A stretch of 63,529 nt of DNA, filler included, from Pelomyxa schiedti (taxonomy: Eukaryota > Protista > Evosea): assembly GCA_020536535.1 (NCBI GenBank). It is 4 parts of 4 records of this genome, joined end to end, with 100 filler letters (N's around TTAATTAATTAA, not from the genome) between each part and the next. Parts side by side here need not be neighbours in the genome. Positions count along the whole stretch, not along the records: positions 1 to 30,705 come from JAHLWZ010000640.1; 3 more parts are not named here. One strand, written 5' to 3'. The position numbers and the translations under genes are program-made. Each line of letters begins with the position of its first letter. Within the stretch, counting starts at the first letter, position 1. This document shows positions 13,201-30,095 of this stretch, one piece after another. The notes under the pieces are model-generated. The model was given only the letters and a program-made list of their open reading frames with translations. It was not told where the DNA came from and did not search any database.

Positions 13201-14094
13201 ACAGCACAGTCACTACTGCTAAAAGATGTCTACTACGCTACAGATTCTTTGCTACGGCACCAGCAGAGGTACTAAGTTTGTCAAGACGAACCTTTTGTAA
13301 ATTATTACCCCTAGACCCCTCACTCCGAAGTCTCCCAATTGTGCCATGTGTGGGAGAAGTTTACTTGCAACTCAAAACCAGCAAGTACCAGACACTGTAG
13401 TTTTCGGGTACAGTCACTAACCCCTCTCCTTCGTTCCTCTGACATCTCTTTTTCAAGCTGCGGACATGCTGTTCATTTTTCATGCAATCCGTTCTCCGAA
13501 TCCTGCCATCTCTGTGCACAGGTACCAAAATTATTTACAGAGGGTATCCTGATTACTTCTAACCTTATTCCCAAGAGTGTCAAGACTAAAAAAGAGAAGC
13601 CGTTGCACCCGGCACCTCGGCCAACATCTAATTCCACGATTCCCGCACCCGGCGTGACTGTATCTGCCCCGGTGTGTATTATCTTTATTCTTAGAAACAC
13701 TCCTTGTTCCGCAGTGGGAATAACAACCATTGCCGCACAGGCCGCACAAGCATCAAAATGGCAGATGGAGACTTATCTCAACCGTTTATCCAGAATCAGC
13801 ACTTCTAGAGTATGTAACACTAGTACCATTTCTCGGAACTAAGAAGCACCCATAATCCCAAGTGCCTGACGGGTATCACTACGCCTGACGACGATGACAC
13901 CGGCAAGGCCACCCCGAAGCCAGTTTTTCTCCCAAAGTAATCAGCCCCCAACCCTTTCTGCAGCTAACCTTACTTTTTTCCAATCCAAACAACAAACGAA
14001 AAGAACAACCGCACCCAAAATGATATACCGTACCACACCCCTTGATCCCCCAATGTACATTAGATCCCTACTGGAAAACGAACAGAATCCCTAA
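7235..14094 (+). CDS. VPS8: Vacuolar protein sorting 8 (CORVET subunit), multi-exon
   Basis: Pro/Ser-rich N-terminus; WD40 region (GYQSGHVALWDV, PYLAW, LAVGWG); LEQCIYHLNP; clathrin-repeat-like region (DYPLDECIK, LFLLERTGD); C-terminal RING (SCGHAVHFSC..CHLC). Confidence 0.85.
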
Positions 14095-14203
14095 ACATTT
14101 TGTGTTGTAATTGTGCCACCAACCTTAAAACAATAGGAGGGTAAAAGAGGAAATGAATGATGTTATGACTATGTTGTTTTTTTTTATACAATGTAGGTAA
14201 GGG

Positions 14204-18576
<4,373 letters not shown>

Positions 18577-18858
18577 TGGCGGAACGGAATAATTATGGGA
18601 GTGTGCGTGGGTGTTGGTTTGGTTTTTTCCGTTGTCGTTCGGCTGACGAACGGGGTTGTGGTGTTGCTTGCGTTTTTTCTTTTAGCTTGTTTTTTTCGGC
18701 TCGCGTATCTTCCCCAAAAAGAACGAATCTCGTCCACTGCTTCTTTTGGAGTTGATGAATTGACCCCCAGCCCCCCATCGCCCAATCACCAGTGATGAAG
18801 CTGCGTGTGATCACCCCCAGCAGACGAGATTCTCAGAGATATTAGGGCACAAGTCAGG

Positions 18859-19303
18859 TTAATAACCGAGTGAAATGAGGTAGTCGGCCATGTCCTCGAC
18901 CACTTTGGCAACAGACCCCGGCGGCTTGCCGCTTGCAACTATGCCTACAATGATAGCCCGTTTGGTCTTGACAGTGATGACACCGCCGTTCGTGGACTTG
19001 CCGTACACGCTCCTTTCGTCGGCCTTAATACAAACGAATCGCTGCTCCCCAACCCCAATCCCATTATCCTGTGGGATGCTAGGATTCTGTTTTGTTTGTG
19101 TGTGTTGGTGGGTGAGGTACAACGTTGAAACGAGGGGGAGGTACCGAAAAGTTCCTTGCCAAAGTGGCGGCTTCGTGAGGTCTGACCACCGGGAAATCGG
19201 CAGTTTGTGCCCATACAACGCCGTTTGTATTATCCAGAAGAGCCGCAGAGGCCAACACCCCCCACTTCATCAGGTTGTCAACGTACTGCTGCCACCCGCT
19301 CAT
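18859..19303 (-). CDS. Profilin, one intron
   Basis: MSGWQQYVDNLM..GVVWAQT..RFVCIKADERSVYGK..VKTKRAIIVG..VEDMADYLISLGY*. Confidence 0.95.
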
Positions 19304-19432
19304 GATTCCCTCTGATTTCGTACGTTAGTTTTCCAGCGTATTTCTCCGAATCAGCGCGGAAATCTGGAGATATCAGATGAGATGGGATCGAAGAACTTGC
19401 ACTGAGGCTACTGACTTGGGGGGTGGCACCAC

Positions 19433-19694
19433 CAGTGCTGTAATTTCCCAACTTTTTTAACGTTTTCCCAGATGGGACGTTTTGGGAGGGTTCGGGAGCG
19501 TTTTGGAGAAAGATTCCCGTCACAGTCTTTTTGATCATCAATCAATGACCAAATCATCAGGTGCTTTGATTACTACCATTCGGCGAAAAAAGGCTCCTTC
19601 TAGGAATAATCAAAGGGATTGAGGCCTCATCACTCCCAAATCACTCCCAAAACGCTCCCGGGAGACATTTCCCATTTGGGTGAAAACAGCACTG
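19433..19694. mobile_element. 262-bp non-autonomous DNA transposon (hAT-like MITE)
   Basis: Ends CAGTGCTGT..ACAGCACTG; 8-bp direct repeat GGCACCAC at 19425-19432 and 19695-19702; inverted subterminal CGGGAGCGTTTTGG. Confidence 0.8.
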
Positions 19695-19812
19695 GGCACC
19701 ACAAGGTATCTTTCCTGCCGAAATAAACGATCAATTTGGAGACTGGAGCTCCAGCAGTGTCATCAGGGTTTCTAGGAAATCACAAGAAAAACGCTTCGGT
19801 TTATCGGACGGG

Positions 19813-22596
19813 ATGATGAGCGATGCGAAAGAAAACGCGAGCAGGGATTTTGATTACTTTTTGATGTGTTGCCTGGGCCTGTTGGTGTTTTGGGCAAGTT
19901 GCGTGTTTGGAATTCGACTTGAATTGCAAGTTGTGGAATGGACTTTGGTGTTTATTGTTCTGGCTGCTTCAATACATACTGTATGTTACTATATAATGCA
20001 ACACATTAAATTAAGGAAATGCACTGAATAATTAAACTGATTGAACGATAGCTGGCCTTGATTTCACGTGACCTTGTGTCATCCATACTGGCAAATATTG
20101 GAGTTTGTTTTTTCTTCACTGCAGTGTGGCTACCTCTTTTGAGGGTGTACTCTAAGTTTCATCCTATTCGTGTGAAATACTACTACTTTTGAAAAGCAAT
20201 TCATTGAGTAAAGATGGCCAGTTTTACTCTGATAACACTGGCTCTGTTCTAGTATGGAAGTATGTAGCTGGAGGCCTGAATTTTTCCATGTACTTGCTTA
20301 TTGGTGTCTTGACACTGTATGATTCTTTGAACCTGGAACCAGTCAGTGAAGCATCAAATCCTTGTGGGGATGTGCACATTCTCGATTGTATTGATTCCTT
20401 GGTCAATATCTTCTACTTACACGTCTTCAGCTATTGTGGCACTTTCAATTTCTTTTGCTTATGCTTGCGTAAGCTTTGCTTACTACAAGGTATCTTTCCA
20501 AACTCTGAAGTAGTTCTTACTTTCTCTTCTTCAGGTGATAATTGATTGCTGGTACGGTTTGAAACAGAGTAGAAACTTTAAGAAGTTCATAACCTTCTTA
20601 ATCATTATTGCCAGTTCGTGTGCATATCGCGTTCGTATGCACTTGCATCTATGAAATTTGGTGCCTCTAAACAAGTGTAGTCAACGACGTTGTGAGTGCG
20701 GTATTTCCGACTTGGGTTCTGTCAGGTAGCATTTTTCCGATTAGCAAAAATTAATGTGCTCTAAGGTTCTCAAAACAATATATCTGTTTTCTTTAAGGAG
20801 GTTATTCCCGCGGGAGCAGTTATTCTCACAATAGTACTGTTGAAGCCATTCAAGTTTACCCGGACCCTAGTTGGTTTGTCTTGTTTCAAGTGACTGCTGA
20901 TAGTACTGTAGCCCGAGAGTGACATAGACAGTACTATTGACTTCCGAAACGATCCTACATTCCACGTACCGTTCCGACTCAATTATTAATATTAATCTTC
21001 TCTATTTGTGCTAGTTGGTGAAATTCACAGCACTTAGAAACATAGAAAAAATAACTGAGGGTGGTTCAGCTTGGATATACCGGTGCACGTGGACAGGTAT
21101 AATTTGCTTTACAGTTGGGAAAATTAACCCTTCAAGATAGAGAAGGTGTTGAACGCATTGTGGCTCTAAAGGAGATAAGAACCCCATCCGAACTTGATTC
21201 AAAGATTGAAATTGTGGTATGTGTCCTTGGGTCAATGCCCACCCCATTTATGCTTTCGTTCAGAGGTTGGCGTTACTGGAGCATCCAAATGTACTCAAAT
21301 TTTACGGCCATACGATAACTGACAATGGATTTGTTGGAATTATTACAAATTACGCCCAAAAAGTGATTGGGTTCCAGCATTGCCGAATTCCTCATTTCAA
21401 TTTAAGGGCTCTCTCCAGTCTTTGCTGCAACATGAAACCCTACATTTCGCAATAAGACTACGAATGGCTTTAGATGTAGCAGAGGGTATGAAGTACATCC
21501 ACAAAAAGAATCTGGTGCACAGAGACTTGAAGGTAGCACTCCATACCACCTCCCCTCCTCAAACCAATACAGACTGAAAACGTGTTTGTGAATGAAGAAT
21601 ATCGATGTATGATCGGGGACTTCGGGTCTACCACAATTGGATCGGGTTGTGAGGGTTTGGTTGGAACTCCAGGTTTTATGGTTTGGTCTTCTTTTTGTAT
21701 GGGCATACATTCCTTACTTTGACAAAGGCTCCAGATGTGCTTAACAAAAATTATGGCCGTATGTTTTCACTTCCCACCAATTACCCTTTCATTCCTAATC
21801 CTTGAATAGGTAAAGTAGATATATTTTCATTCGGCGTTCTTTTGTGGGTGCTTGTAAACCACGGGAAGCAGCCCTTCTCATCAGAGATGTACTCCCAACA
21901 ATCACTACAGCCCCTCGCCGATGTAGTGGGAGTAGTTGGAAGCACCGGCATTGTAGTAGGGGGACACAAGGACAGCCTTGATGGTGTCATACAGGTCAAC
22001 GTGGCTGCAGCTTCATTGGCCGGAAAGCCAATGACACACAGGGACTTCATCATCAATGTACTACAGAAGGGAAAGAGGCCTCCCCTTTTACCGGGACTAA
22101 ATCCAAAGATTGTAAAACTGGTATGGAGATCCTATCAGTTTATAGGTACAAATAACTGGCTACTAACAATCGCATGCAGATGGAAAGATGTTGGTCTCAG
22201 AACCCCGAGGAACGGCCGGAATTCGCCAGAATTGTGGACACCCTACAAGGACCAGTCACAGATGAGTGGATAAAAATGATGGATTCTGGTAGTACAGATA
22301 CAGCAGCCTCCGCGGCCGCATTCACTTCAACTACAACTACAACTACCACAACTACTACCACATCATCAGCCACAGGGACTGATTTGTTTACTACCTCAAA
22401 AGGAGCGGCCTCTGCACTGGTTACATCACTTGCAAATGCACTTGTTGGTGTTACTGCCGTTGACCCGGAATCACTTCCTTTTGCACATCCAGGCTCATCT
22501 GGAATACATTCTTCAGGGGGTTCACATTCTCATAGTGAACCTCCAAGGGGGATAACAATTCTTGGTGATGATGCACCTTCTGTCAACAGTAGCTAA
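19813..22596 (+). CDS. TKL-group kinase with N-terminal multi-pass membrane domain, multi-exon
   Basis: Several hydrophobic segments at ~19.8-20.7 kb; EGGSAWIY, VALKEI, HRDLK, GDFG, GTPGFM/APD, DIFSFG, CWSQNPEERP. Confidence 0.8.
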
Positions 22597-22647
22597 ACTA
22601 AAGTTATCTATGAATAATAAATACCTTTTGTGTAGAATTCTGCATTT

Positions 22648-24618
22648 TTAGTGCAGAAGGGAGCTTTTTTCATTCTTGTGATTATGGTGCTGTGTGTGGT
22701 GGTGATGCTTCTGATGTCTTTTGTACAGTTTTAGTACAAATTGACCAGGAAGGAATAGGGAACATAAAAAGCCCACAGAGATGATAATAGCGGCCACCAT
22801 CCAGGCCTGAACATAGCCTTTATCTGACCATCCCTTTTTTTGTAGTGAGAAGAGAGAATATTACTTGCACTCAACTGTGGATGATTCCAGGCTGAAAGAG
22901 CTCATTTCAGAAGAGTTAGTTGCAGCCATAGCTTTGGTTTGTGTTGATGAATTTTCCAGGATGAATATGTTGGACACAATGGGTCCAACGGCACCACCCA
23001 TGATGCGGAACAACGAATTTACTGCTTTTAGTATATTGAGTTCTAAGAAAGCAAGGAGTGACCTACCGGCAGCAGTAGCAAAGTACTTCATCTCAACAGT
23101 ATTAGTAAGAAGAATCACAACCAAGGACATAACGCCAGCCATGCCAAATCCACCAATTATTTGAGTGAGCACTAACTAGAGAAGTTAATGCAATCCGGAG
23201 AGAGGGAGAGAAACTTTCCAGACTGTGTCGTGGTAGAAAACTTGCAAGTAGAACGAAAGCATCAGAAAAAGATATGAAACAGATATCAAAAGTGCTGGCC
23301 CTAAATAAAGTCAGTGAAATACTGAGAGGGATGCGTACCAGTTTTTTTTGATAGAATCGAAAAAGCCGGAGCAACAATGAGCCCCGGTATTGCAGATGGA
23401 AAAAGGATAAGGCCTATATCCAACGTACTTGTGTAATGGAAAGGGCCAAGTGGCTCAGAGAGGTAAAATGGAAGAGTCTGTGAGTAGAATTACTTGGTGC
23501 TGGTCTCTGTAAATAAACAAACCTGAAAATATGTGAACATAGCGTACCCTGTTGAAATTGATATAACATTCAACAAAAAGACTGCTCTGTTCTTCATGAG
23601 CTTGAAGGGAAATAAGGCATCCTGCTTCATGCGTATCTCCCAAACAATCAACAAAATCACAAAAACTGGACATATGCATAGCAGCACAATTGGAGCAGGT
23701 TCTTTCCAGCCCTATTTTATATTAACCTTTATTAAAGATGGACTTATATGACCTGTTCACCCAGAGTAATACCAATAAGGAAAGAACCAATAATGAGGCA
23801 AAGAAAAATAGCTCCTAACGAGAGTTTAACATTGTGAATACCGGGGAAAGTAGATTACCAATGAAATCAACTTGTTTTGCCAGTGCGTGGCTCTTGGGTT
23901 CTTTTATTGATATCATAAATGAAACTACCAGTACAGTGACTACTGGTGCCGCTATCCAAAACAAGGTTGCCCAGGACATATTTTCTCCTTTGTATGTGAA
24001 CTCTATTTTTTCCAGGCCACCCCCTCCGCCTAGCATCCCCACTGCTGCACCAATAGCAAACATAGAGCTAACTATACCTATCTGAACATTGTTATTCCAC
24101 ATTTCACGAGAATAAAGAATGGAAAGTACGATACTGTTGGGCCAACAAGAGGTTTAGGAAACGAAGCTTTTGTCAGTGTAAAACAAAGGGTGAAAGATCC
24201 CTTAGATTGCAGTTTATCAAGATGCCAATACAGTGCTTAAATTACCATCCCCAGTCCTTGTAATCCTCTTAACAAAATGAGAACCACAATTTCCGAGGAA
24301 AGGAATGAAAGGCCACATCCTATAACCCCTAGAACGTGGCTTAAGAACGTAGGAGACTAAAGAAAAAAAAATGCCTGCAATGTAGCAACCGAGACAAATT
24401 GCCAGTGTTTTTTTGATACCAAATTTGGTAGTAGTCATTGCTCCAAATATTGGTGTGGAAATACCTGTATCTATGTGAGCAAAAGCGGGTTAGAATGTAA
24501 ATACTACACAACCCCCAGTGATGAGATAAGCAGAGAGAACCCATGGCACCCATTCAATTTGTTCATAATAGTCCATCCCAATAATATTCAGTGCAGGAAC
24601 CTATTTCTCCCCAACAAC

Positions 24619-24649
<31 letters not shown>

Positions 24650-24990
24650 AAAAAAAAGAATCAGTTCATCAAAGTCAAAAGAGTTGCTCCCACAATGACC
24701 AATTCCGAGCCTGAACGTACCAGCATAACTTCAATGAACATAACAGAGAGCGTGAGGACCGTCATTTCGACCAGAAGCACGACGAATCTCACCTTGTCGC
24801 GCCTGGTGACGCCATCCATCGTGGCACCACCTTCCTCGTTGGCCTCGTCACCGTCGACAAGTGTCCCATCACTGCCGCCATCGCCGTGGGCGTCGCCGTA
24901 GTCATAAACAATCGAGCCGGGAGTCGACGGCTGCGTCTGCGTCGTCACAACATCCTCGGCGTTTGCTCCCACACCGTCGAGTTTGATCAT
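22648..24990 (-). CDS. MFS transporter (DHA2-like), multi-exon
   Basis: Many TM helices; KFGIKKTL loop, VDFIG, VNSLFRIMGGAVGP; His-rich tail. Confidence 0.8.
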
Positions 24991-25409
24991 TTGCGATTAT
25001 GGGTTGCCTGCCTCACTCCTATTACGCCCGCCAGTTGTACACCACGACGGTTCGTTAGTTGTGATCAAAAACACGGTTTTCTCGTTTCTGTTGGGGGGAA
25101 AAATGTTACAACTGAGGAACAGAGGACGTTTCGAGCGGAAATGGAGAGAAACTTGTTGGAGGCTTAGATGTCAGGACTTGAGGGGGAGATTTCTGAGTCA
25201 GGCAACTGCGGCAGAACCTTCTTGGAATGGTAAAAACTCAAGAGCGGTTGATTTTGATAGGTTCATTTCATCCACCGGAATCTTGGAAACACAAAGTTTA
25301 CGTTTTCGGCGTTCCGGGCCTGAAACTAACCAGCAAAACAAACAAAAACAAACAAGACACAACAACCGCACCGACAACAACCAGATCTTTGCAGAACAAA
25401 GCCGGTACG

Positions 25410-27205
25410 ATGAAGTGGATACTAGTTGTTGCCACGTTGGTCGCTGTTGCGAGTGGTTTCATGGAGGACATGTGCGTAAAATCAGGGGGCGGTCTCACGA
25501 ACTTTTTCCAGACCGCTTTTGATATCGGTTGCAAGCCCGGCAATACGAGCAGAGCTTGTCTTGATGTACGTTCTGAGTCCCAACTAAATTTTATAATTTT
25601 GGCAAAGTTATATGTTATATGTAATAAGTAATAATATAACATAATATTAACCACAGTGTAGGCTGTATCGCAGGCAGCTTTGGTCCCAGCTTCTTGCTGC
25701 ATTGGATCAATTCACATGCTTTCTACGTTTATGATGGCCCAAGCTTTGGGAATGAAGAGCGAGTATGCCTATCAACTGGCTGTATACTCCAGTGCTACGG
25801 ATTATGACCAGTTCATTGCTTGCGATGCATGTGGCACACCGCTTGCCAAGTCGTTAACTGTATTGCTTTCGTCTTCAATGCCTCTTCTTATTTCCTTTGC
25901 AGCCACCTCCGATGTCATCAATGCGACGCGTAAATATGACGACTGGTGGGTTCATATCACACCTCCCTCTAACTTATGACGGACACTATGGAACCGGTCT
26001 GACCCCCGACGTTCATGACCACATCAACGAGGGATTCATTGCCTCTTTCAGGGACTGGGTCTATGCTGATAGTACTATCCATAATCCCTGTCCCGAGTAA
26101 TAAGTTTTAGATCACCATTTTTGGCATGACTCGCATCAGGACCACAGAGATGACCATCATGATCACGATGGCCATAAGCATCACCAGGAGCACCACGATG
26201 GATGCTTGCTGGGCTTCACAATTCCCTGGATAGACGGTAACATTTTTCCGCACCTTCAATTTTTACAATTTCTTCAGAAAACTTTTTCACTGGACCCATG
26301 TGCCGCGCAAACGATGGCTATATTAACACCACAGCAACAATGTTCCTTACCGGAACACGTACTGTAACTCGCCAAGAAATGGAACAAATTTGGGCCCTAA
26401 AGGACCTTGCTACATTCAAAACCGTCAAGACGGTAGTTGATATTGTGAATACCTTTGGCCCTGTCCATATTTATAAGGTAGTAGTCCAATTTAAAATCTC
26501 AGCTGATTGTTTATTAGGACTTCACTCTTAATGACATTGATGACTGGCTTCGCGCTTTCCCTGGGTATAACAAACAAACACATAACTCTCAAAATGACTT
26601 AGTTTAGATACTCTGTACTGTCAAATGGAAAGCGGGTACCCGAAGAAATTATCAAGTACGGAGTCTACGCACATATTCTTGGGGACCGCGTTTCACACTA
26701 CTACTGCACCGACTCGAAGTCGACCAATATGGTCCGAATACACGACACACCCCCAGTGTACCAGGCCAAGTACGACCCGCAGATGTGCAATGCCGGGATC
26801 CACTCACTTCAGCACTACTGGGAAATCGGACACACACCAAACGTAGCACAGACCGCCAGTTCCTTAACCCTTCTCTGGGCTGAACTTGTCGACTGGACCG
26901 CTGAAATGGTATTTCTGCACCCACACCCCTTGCGGCTTTTTCCCTTCAACTGACCTCCCTCACAGAAGTGGTCCCACAACGAGTGGTTCAAGAAGCAATC
27001 CAAAACAGTAGATGTCATCGCTGCCATGCAGGACATTGTCAAGGTAGCCGACGCCGGGACCAGGCTGACCCAGTACCTCGCCAAGCTTCAGCAGTTTGGG
27101 TTCTCCACTCTGCCCGGTTTCGACAACTTCTCCACAGTGTGCACCACCAAGCCCCACCACGACGACAAAGGCAAGGATGATGACGACAAGGATCACAAGC
27201 ACTAA
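25410..27205 (+). CDS. Secreted putative Zn-binding phospholipase C/P1-nuclease-fold protein, multi-exon
   Basis: Signal peptide MKWILVVATLVAVASG; HMLSTFMMAQALG..A..YSSATD; GVYAHILGDRVSH (HxxxDxxxH); HSLQHYWE; His/Asp-rich insert and tail. Confidence 0.55.
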
Positions 27206-27353
27206 AGAAACAACAAGAGGCCCCCTCGTCACTCCCTACTGACTCTACTACCCCAAAAAAAACAAATAATGTACCACCAAGACCCAAAACATAAAATTAT
27301 TACCGTTTTTGATTGAAAACTTTGGAATTTCTAAGAATCATCCGGAAAAAAGA

Positions 27354-28565
27354 ATGATGTCAGTCGAGCTGCGAATCGAAGCACTCGGGCAATGTGTTGC
27401 GATTTTGATGGGGGGACACACGAGGTGCGGGTCACGAAGCCCAGCCAGGCTCATCGCCGTGGTACCCACTCTGATGAGACTGCTGTCACACCGGTGGGTC
27501 ACGTCGCCAGCCAGGCTCTGTGCGTTCACATTCCGCAGCGCAGAGGACACAGCGACCTCCGACGGCCACTACTACGACATCTGGCAGCCGCCCCGCAGCG
27601 ACCCATATTCATACAGGCACGTGTGGGTGCGGGTGTCGCACACCCTCGGCGTCGTCGACAGCGGCTGGTGCAGCGGCGTGCCCAAGAAGACGCTGTGCGT
27701 GGTGGGCAGCATCGGCACCGATTGGTTCGTCGCGGCGGGGGCCGGCTCGCTGTCGGTGGTCGGGCTGGACTGGGTGTGCTGCATGTCCGCAAGGATGACG
27801 TCATCCGTGGCTTGCTGCAACTGCAGGTGGGTCGTCTGCGGGGTGGATGGACTGGATCTGGGGGTTTGGAGGGTGGTGGAGTCTGGGTGTGATTGCTGTC
27901 CTGTTTCTGGTGAGCCAAACATTGTGGTTTCACCTGGGGAGGGGAAGCTCCCTGTGGTGGCAAAGTTCAGCCCTGTGGACGATGATGTACTTCTGTTGTG
28001 CTGCATGTACAGTGATGTCTTCTGCCACCACGTCCTGTGTGTTGATTTACCAGCCACATTGGCGAGTAAATCCATGGTGGTGACCAGGGATGTGGAGCTT
28101 CTGTTTTCATTTGATGCTGAGGTGCCGAGGTTCACAACTGCTTCAAATGGAAACATGTATGTGGTGGGCAAGTCTAATGGGATGTGTAGAGACCTCCACT
28201 GCGTTGAGACTGATGTCACTTACACATTCCCTGGGAGCAGACTGTACCCCCTTGGCAGTGACCACTTTGGTGCTTTTTCCTCTACCCCTCAGGATACCTT
28301 GGACAAGTGTGAGGTCTTCCACATCACATGCCCAACAACACCCATTGTCACCCTTGCCAGTCCCTGTTGTGAGCCTCTCTCCCAGCGTCAGTCCTGGGAC
28401 AATGGCATGCTTGCCACCCAGTTTGATGATCATCATCACCCGTCACCACTGTCACCTACCACTTCCAATAACTGCTCAATTGCCATTTGTGATGCTTGGT
28501 GTGGTACCACTGTGGCTTGGATCAAATTCCCACACAAATGTAGCCTACTGGGAACTAGTCACTAG
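27354..28565 (+). CDS. RCG-motif family member 1, single exon
   Basis: EALGQCVAILMGGHTRCGSRSPAR..LLSHRW; CCNCRWVV; beta-rich body. Confidence 0.8.
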   Translation: MMSVELRIEALGQCVAILMGGHTRCGSRSPARLIAVVPTLMRLLSHRWVTSPARLCAFTFRSAEDTATSDGHYYDIWQPPRSDPYSYRHVWVRVSHTLGVVDSGWCSGVPKKTLCVVGSIGTDWFVAAGAGSLSVVGLDWVCCMSARMTSSVACCNCRWVVCGVDGLDLGVWRVVESGCDCCPVSGEPNIVVSPGEGKLPVVAKFSPVDDDVLLLCCMYSDVFCHHVLCVDLPATLASKSMVVTRDVELLFSFDAEVPRFTTASNGNMYVVGKSNGMCRDLHCVETDVTYTFPGSRLYPLGSDHFGAFSSTPQDTLDKCEVFHITCPTTPIVTLASPCCEPLSQRQSWDNGMLATQFDDHHHPSPLSPTTSNNCSIAICDAWCGTTVAWIKFPHKCSLLGTSH

Positions 28566-29224
28566 TCAGCTTGTTCTTTTCACATATTTAATGACTTCAT
28601 GCAATCTTGTCTCCCCTTTCCTACAGAACAAACAATGAATTGGGATCGCTACAACAAATCAATAAGACTATTATTCAAGCTATTGTACTTTGGTGTGTTT
28701 CGGGAATGGTGCTGTTGTTGTTTGGTGGTGGGATTCGAAGTTAGCTGCCGGGTTGAAAAGACTGCTGCGATTCCGGAAATGCAATTGACTTTGAATCTAT
28801 GGCCGTTTTGTTCGCCTCACCGACTTTCGCTTTGGACACTGTGAGGAGTGATGGCCGATGGATTCAGGGAATCTCGATGCGGTGATTGGGCGCCAAGTTG
28901 GCCAACTAATTATGGCCATTCACGGGAACGAGTGCGTTCAAGCTCACAGGCACCAGCCAACCGACCCACCTTATAAACCCCCTCTGTATCGTGTAAATAG
29001 TTAAGACAAAGTTGTTATATAAGCAAACACGAACATATGAGAACAGCAACACTATTCAGTCCACAACGTCCCTCTCCTAGACCACCACTCTTACAACACC
29101 TACAAGGGTTCGTCTTACATCTAGTAGCAGTGATTGGAAGAGTTACCTGGCTACCGGACTACGGCCTCCTCCCCGCCATCATCTCCGTCGCCCTCACCTT
29201 CTTCCACTTGTGGAGCAAACGAAG

Positions 29225-29409
29225 AAAACTGCGCTTGTGTGTTGTTTTCAAAAATCTCCCACTTGTGGAAGAAACAAGTTTTTTTTCCGGGAATCAGAGA
29301 AGAATGCAGTCTCCTTACAACAGCCATCATGCCTATCAATCCAACACCCGTCTCGCTCCAATCTCATCACTCTTTCACTTTTTTGAAAACAACACACAAG
29401 CGCAGTTTT
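29225..29409. repeat. Perfect 30-bp inverted repeat with 125-bp spacer
   Basis: AAAACTGCGCTTGTGTGTTGTTTTCAAAAA (29225-29254) is the exact reverse complement of 29380-29409; no clear TSD. Confidence 0.85.
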
Positions 29410-29424
29410 AATATCAGTATCTTC

Positions 29425-29507
29425 ATGGAAGTAGAACCGCGCATCGAAGCACGAGGGCAACTCGTCGCGATTTTGATGGGAGGACACACGAGGTGTGGGT
29501 CGCAAAG
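29425..29507 (+). CDS. RCG-motif family member 2, 5' fragment cut by gap
   Basis: MEVEPRIEARGQLVAILMGGHTRCGSQ. Confidence 0.7.
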
Positions 29508-29607
29508 NNNNNNNNNNNNNNNNNNNNNNNNNNNNNNNNNNNNNNNNNNNNNNNNNNNNNNNNNNNNNNNNNNNNNNNNNNNNNNNNNNNNNNNNNNNNN
29601 NNNNNNN

Positions 29608-29976
29608 ACACCAAACGTAGCACAGACAGCCAGTTCCTTAACCCTTCTCTGGGATGAACTTGTCGACTGGACCGCTGAAATGGTATTTCTGCACCCACCC
29701 CTTGCGGCTTTTTCCCTTCAACTTACCTCCCCACAGAAGTGGTCCCACAACGAGTGGTTCAAGAAGCAATCCAAAACAGTAGATGTCATAGCGGCCATGC
29801 AGGACATTGTCAAGGTAGCCGACGCCGGGACCAGGCTGACCCAGTACCTCGCCAAGCTTCAGCAGTTTGGGTTCTCCACTCTGCCCGGTTTCGACAACTA
29901 CTCCACAGTGTGCACCACCAAGCCCCACCACGACGACAAAGGCAAGGATGATGACGACAATGGTCACAAGCACTAA
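29608..29976 (+). CDS. 3' part of another copy of the secreted PLC-like gene
   Basis: Near-identical to ~26833-27205; ends KGKDDDDNGHKH*. Confidence 0.75.
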   Translation, partial: TPNVAQTASSLTLLWDELVDWTAEMVFLHPPLAAFSLQLTSPQKWSHNEWFKKQSKTVDVIAAMQDIVKVADAGTRLTQYLAKLQQFGFSTLPGFDNYSTVCTTKPHHDDKGKDDDDNGHKH

Positions 29977-30095
29977 AGAAACAAGAAGCTCCCTACTACC
30001 TCTACCCCAAAAAACAAATGTACCACCAAGACCCAAAACATAAAATTATTAAGTTTTTGATCGGTAACTTGGAATTTCCAATAAAACGAAAAAAA

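Noticed and set aside
27160-27205. FLAG/enterokinase-like DKGKDDDDK
   Set aside because: Native low-complexity tail; the paralogue reads DDDDN and there is no vector context
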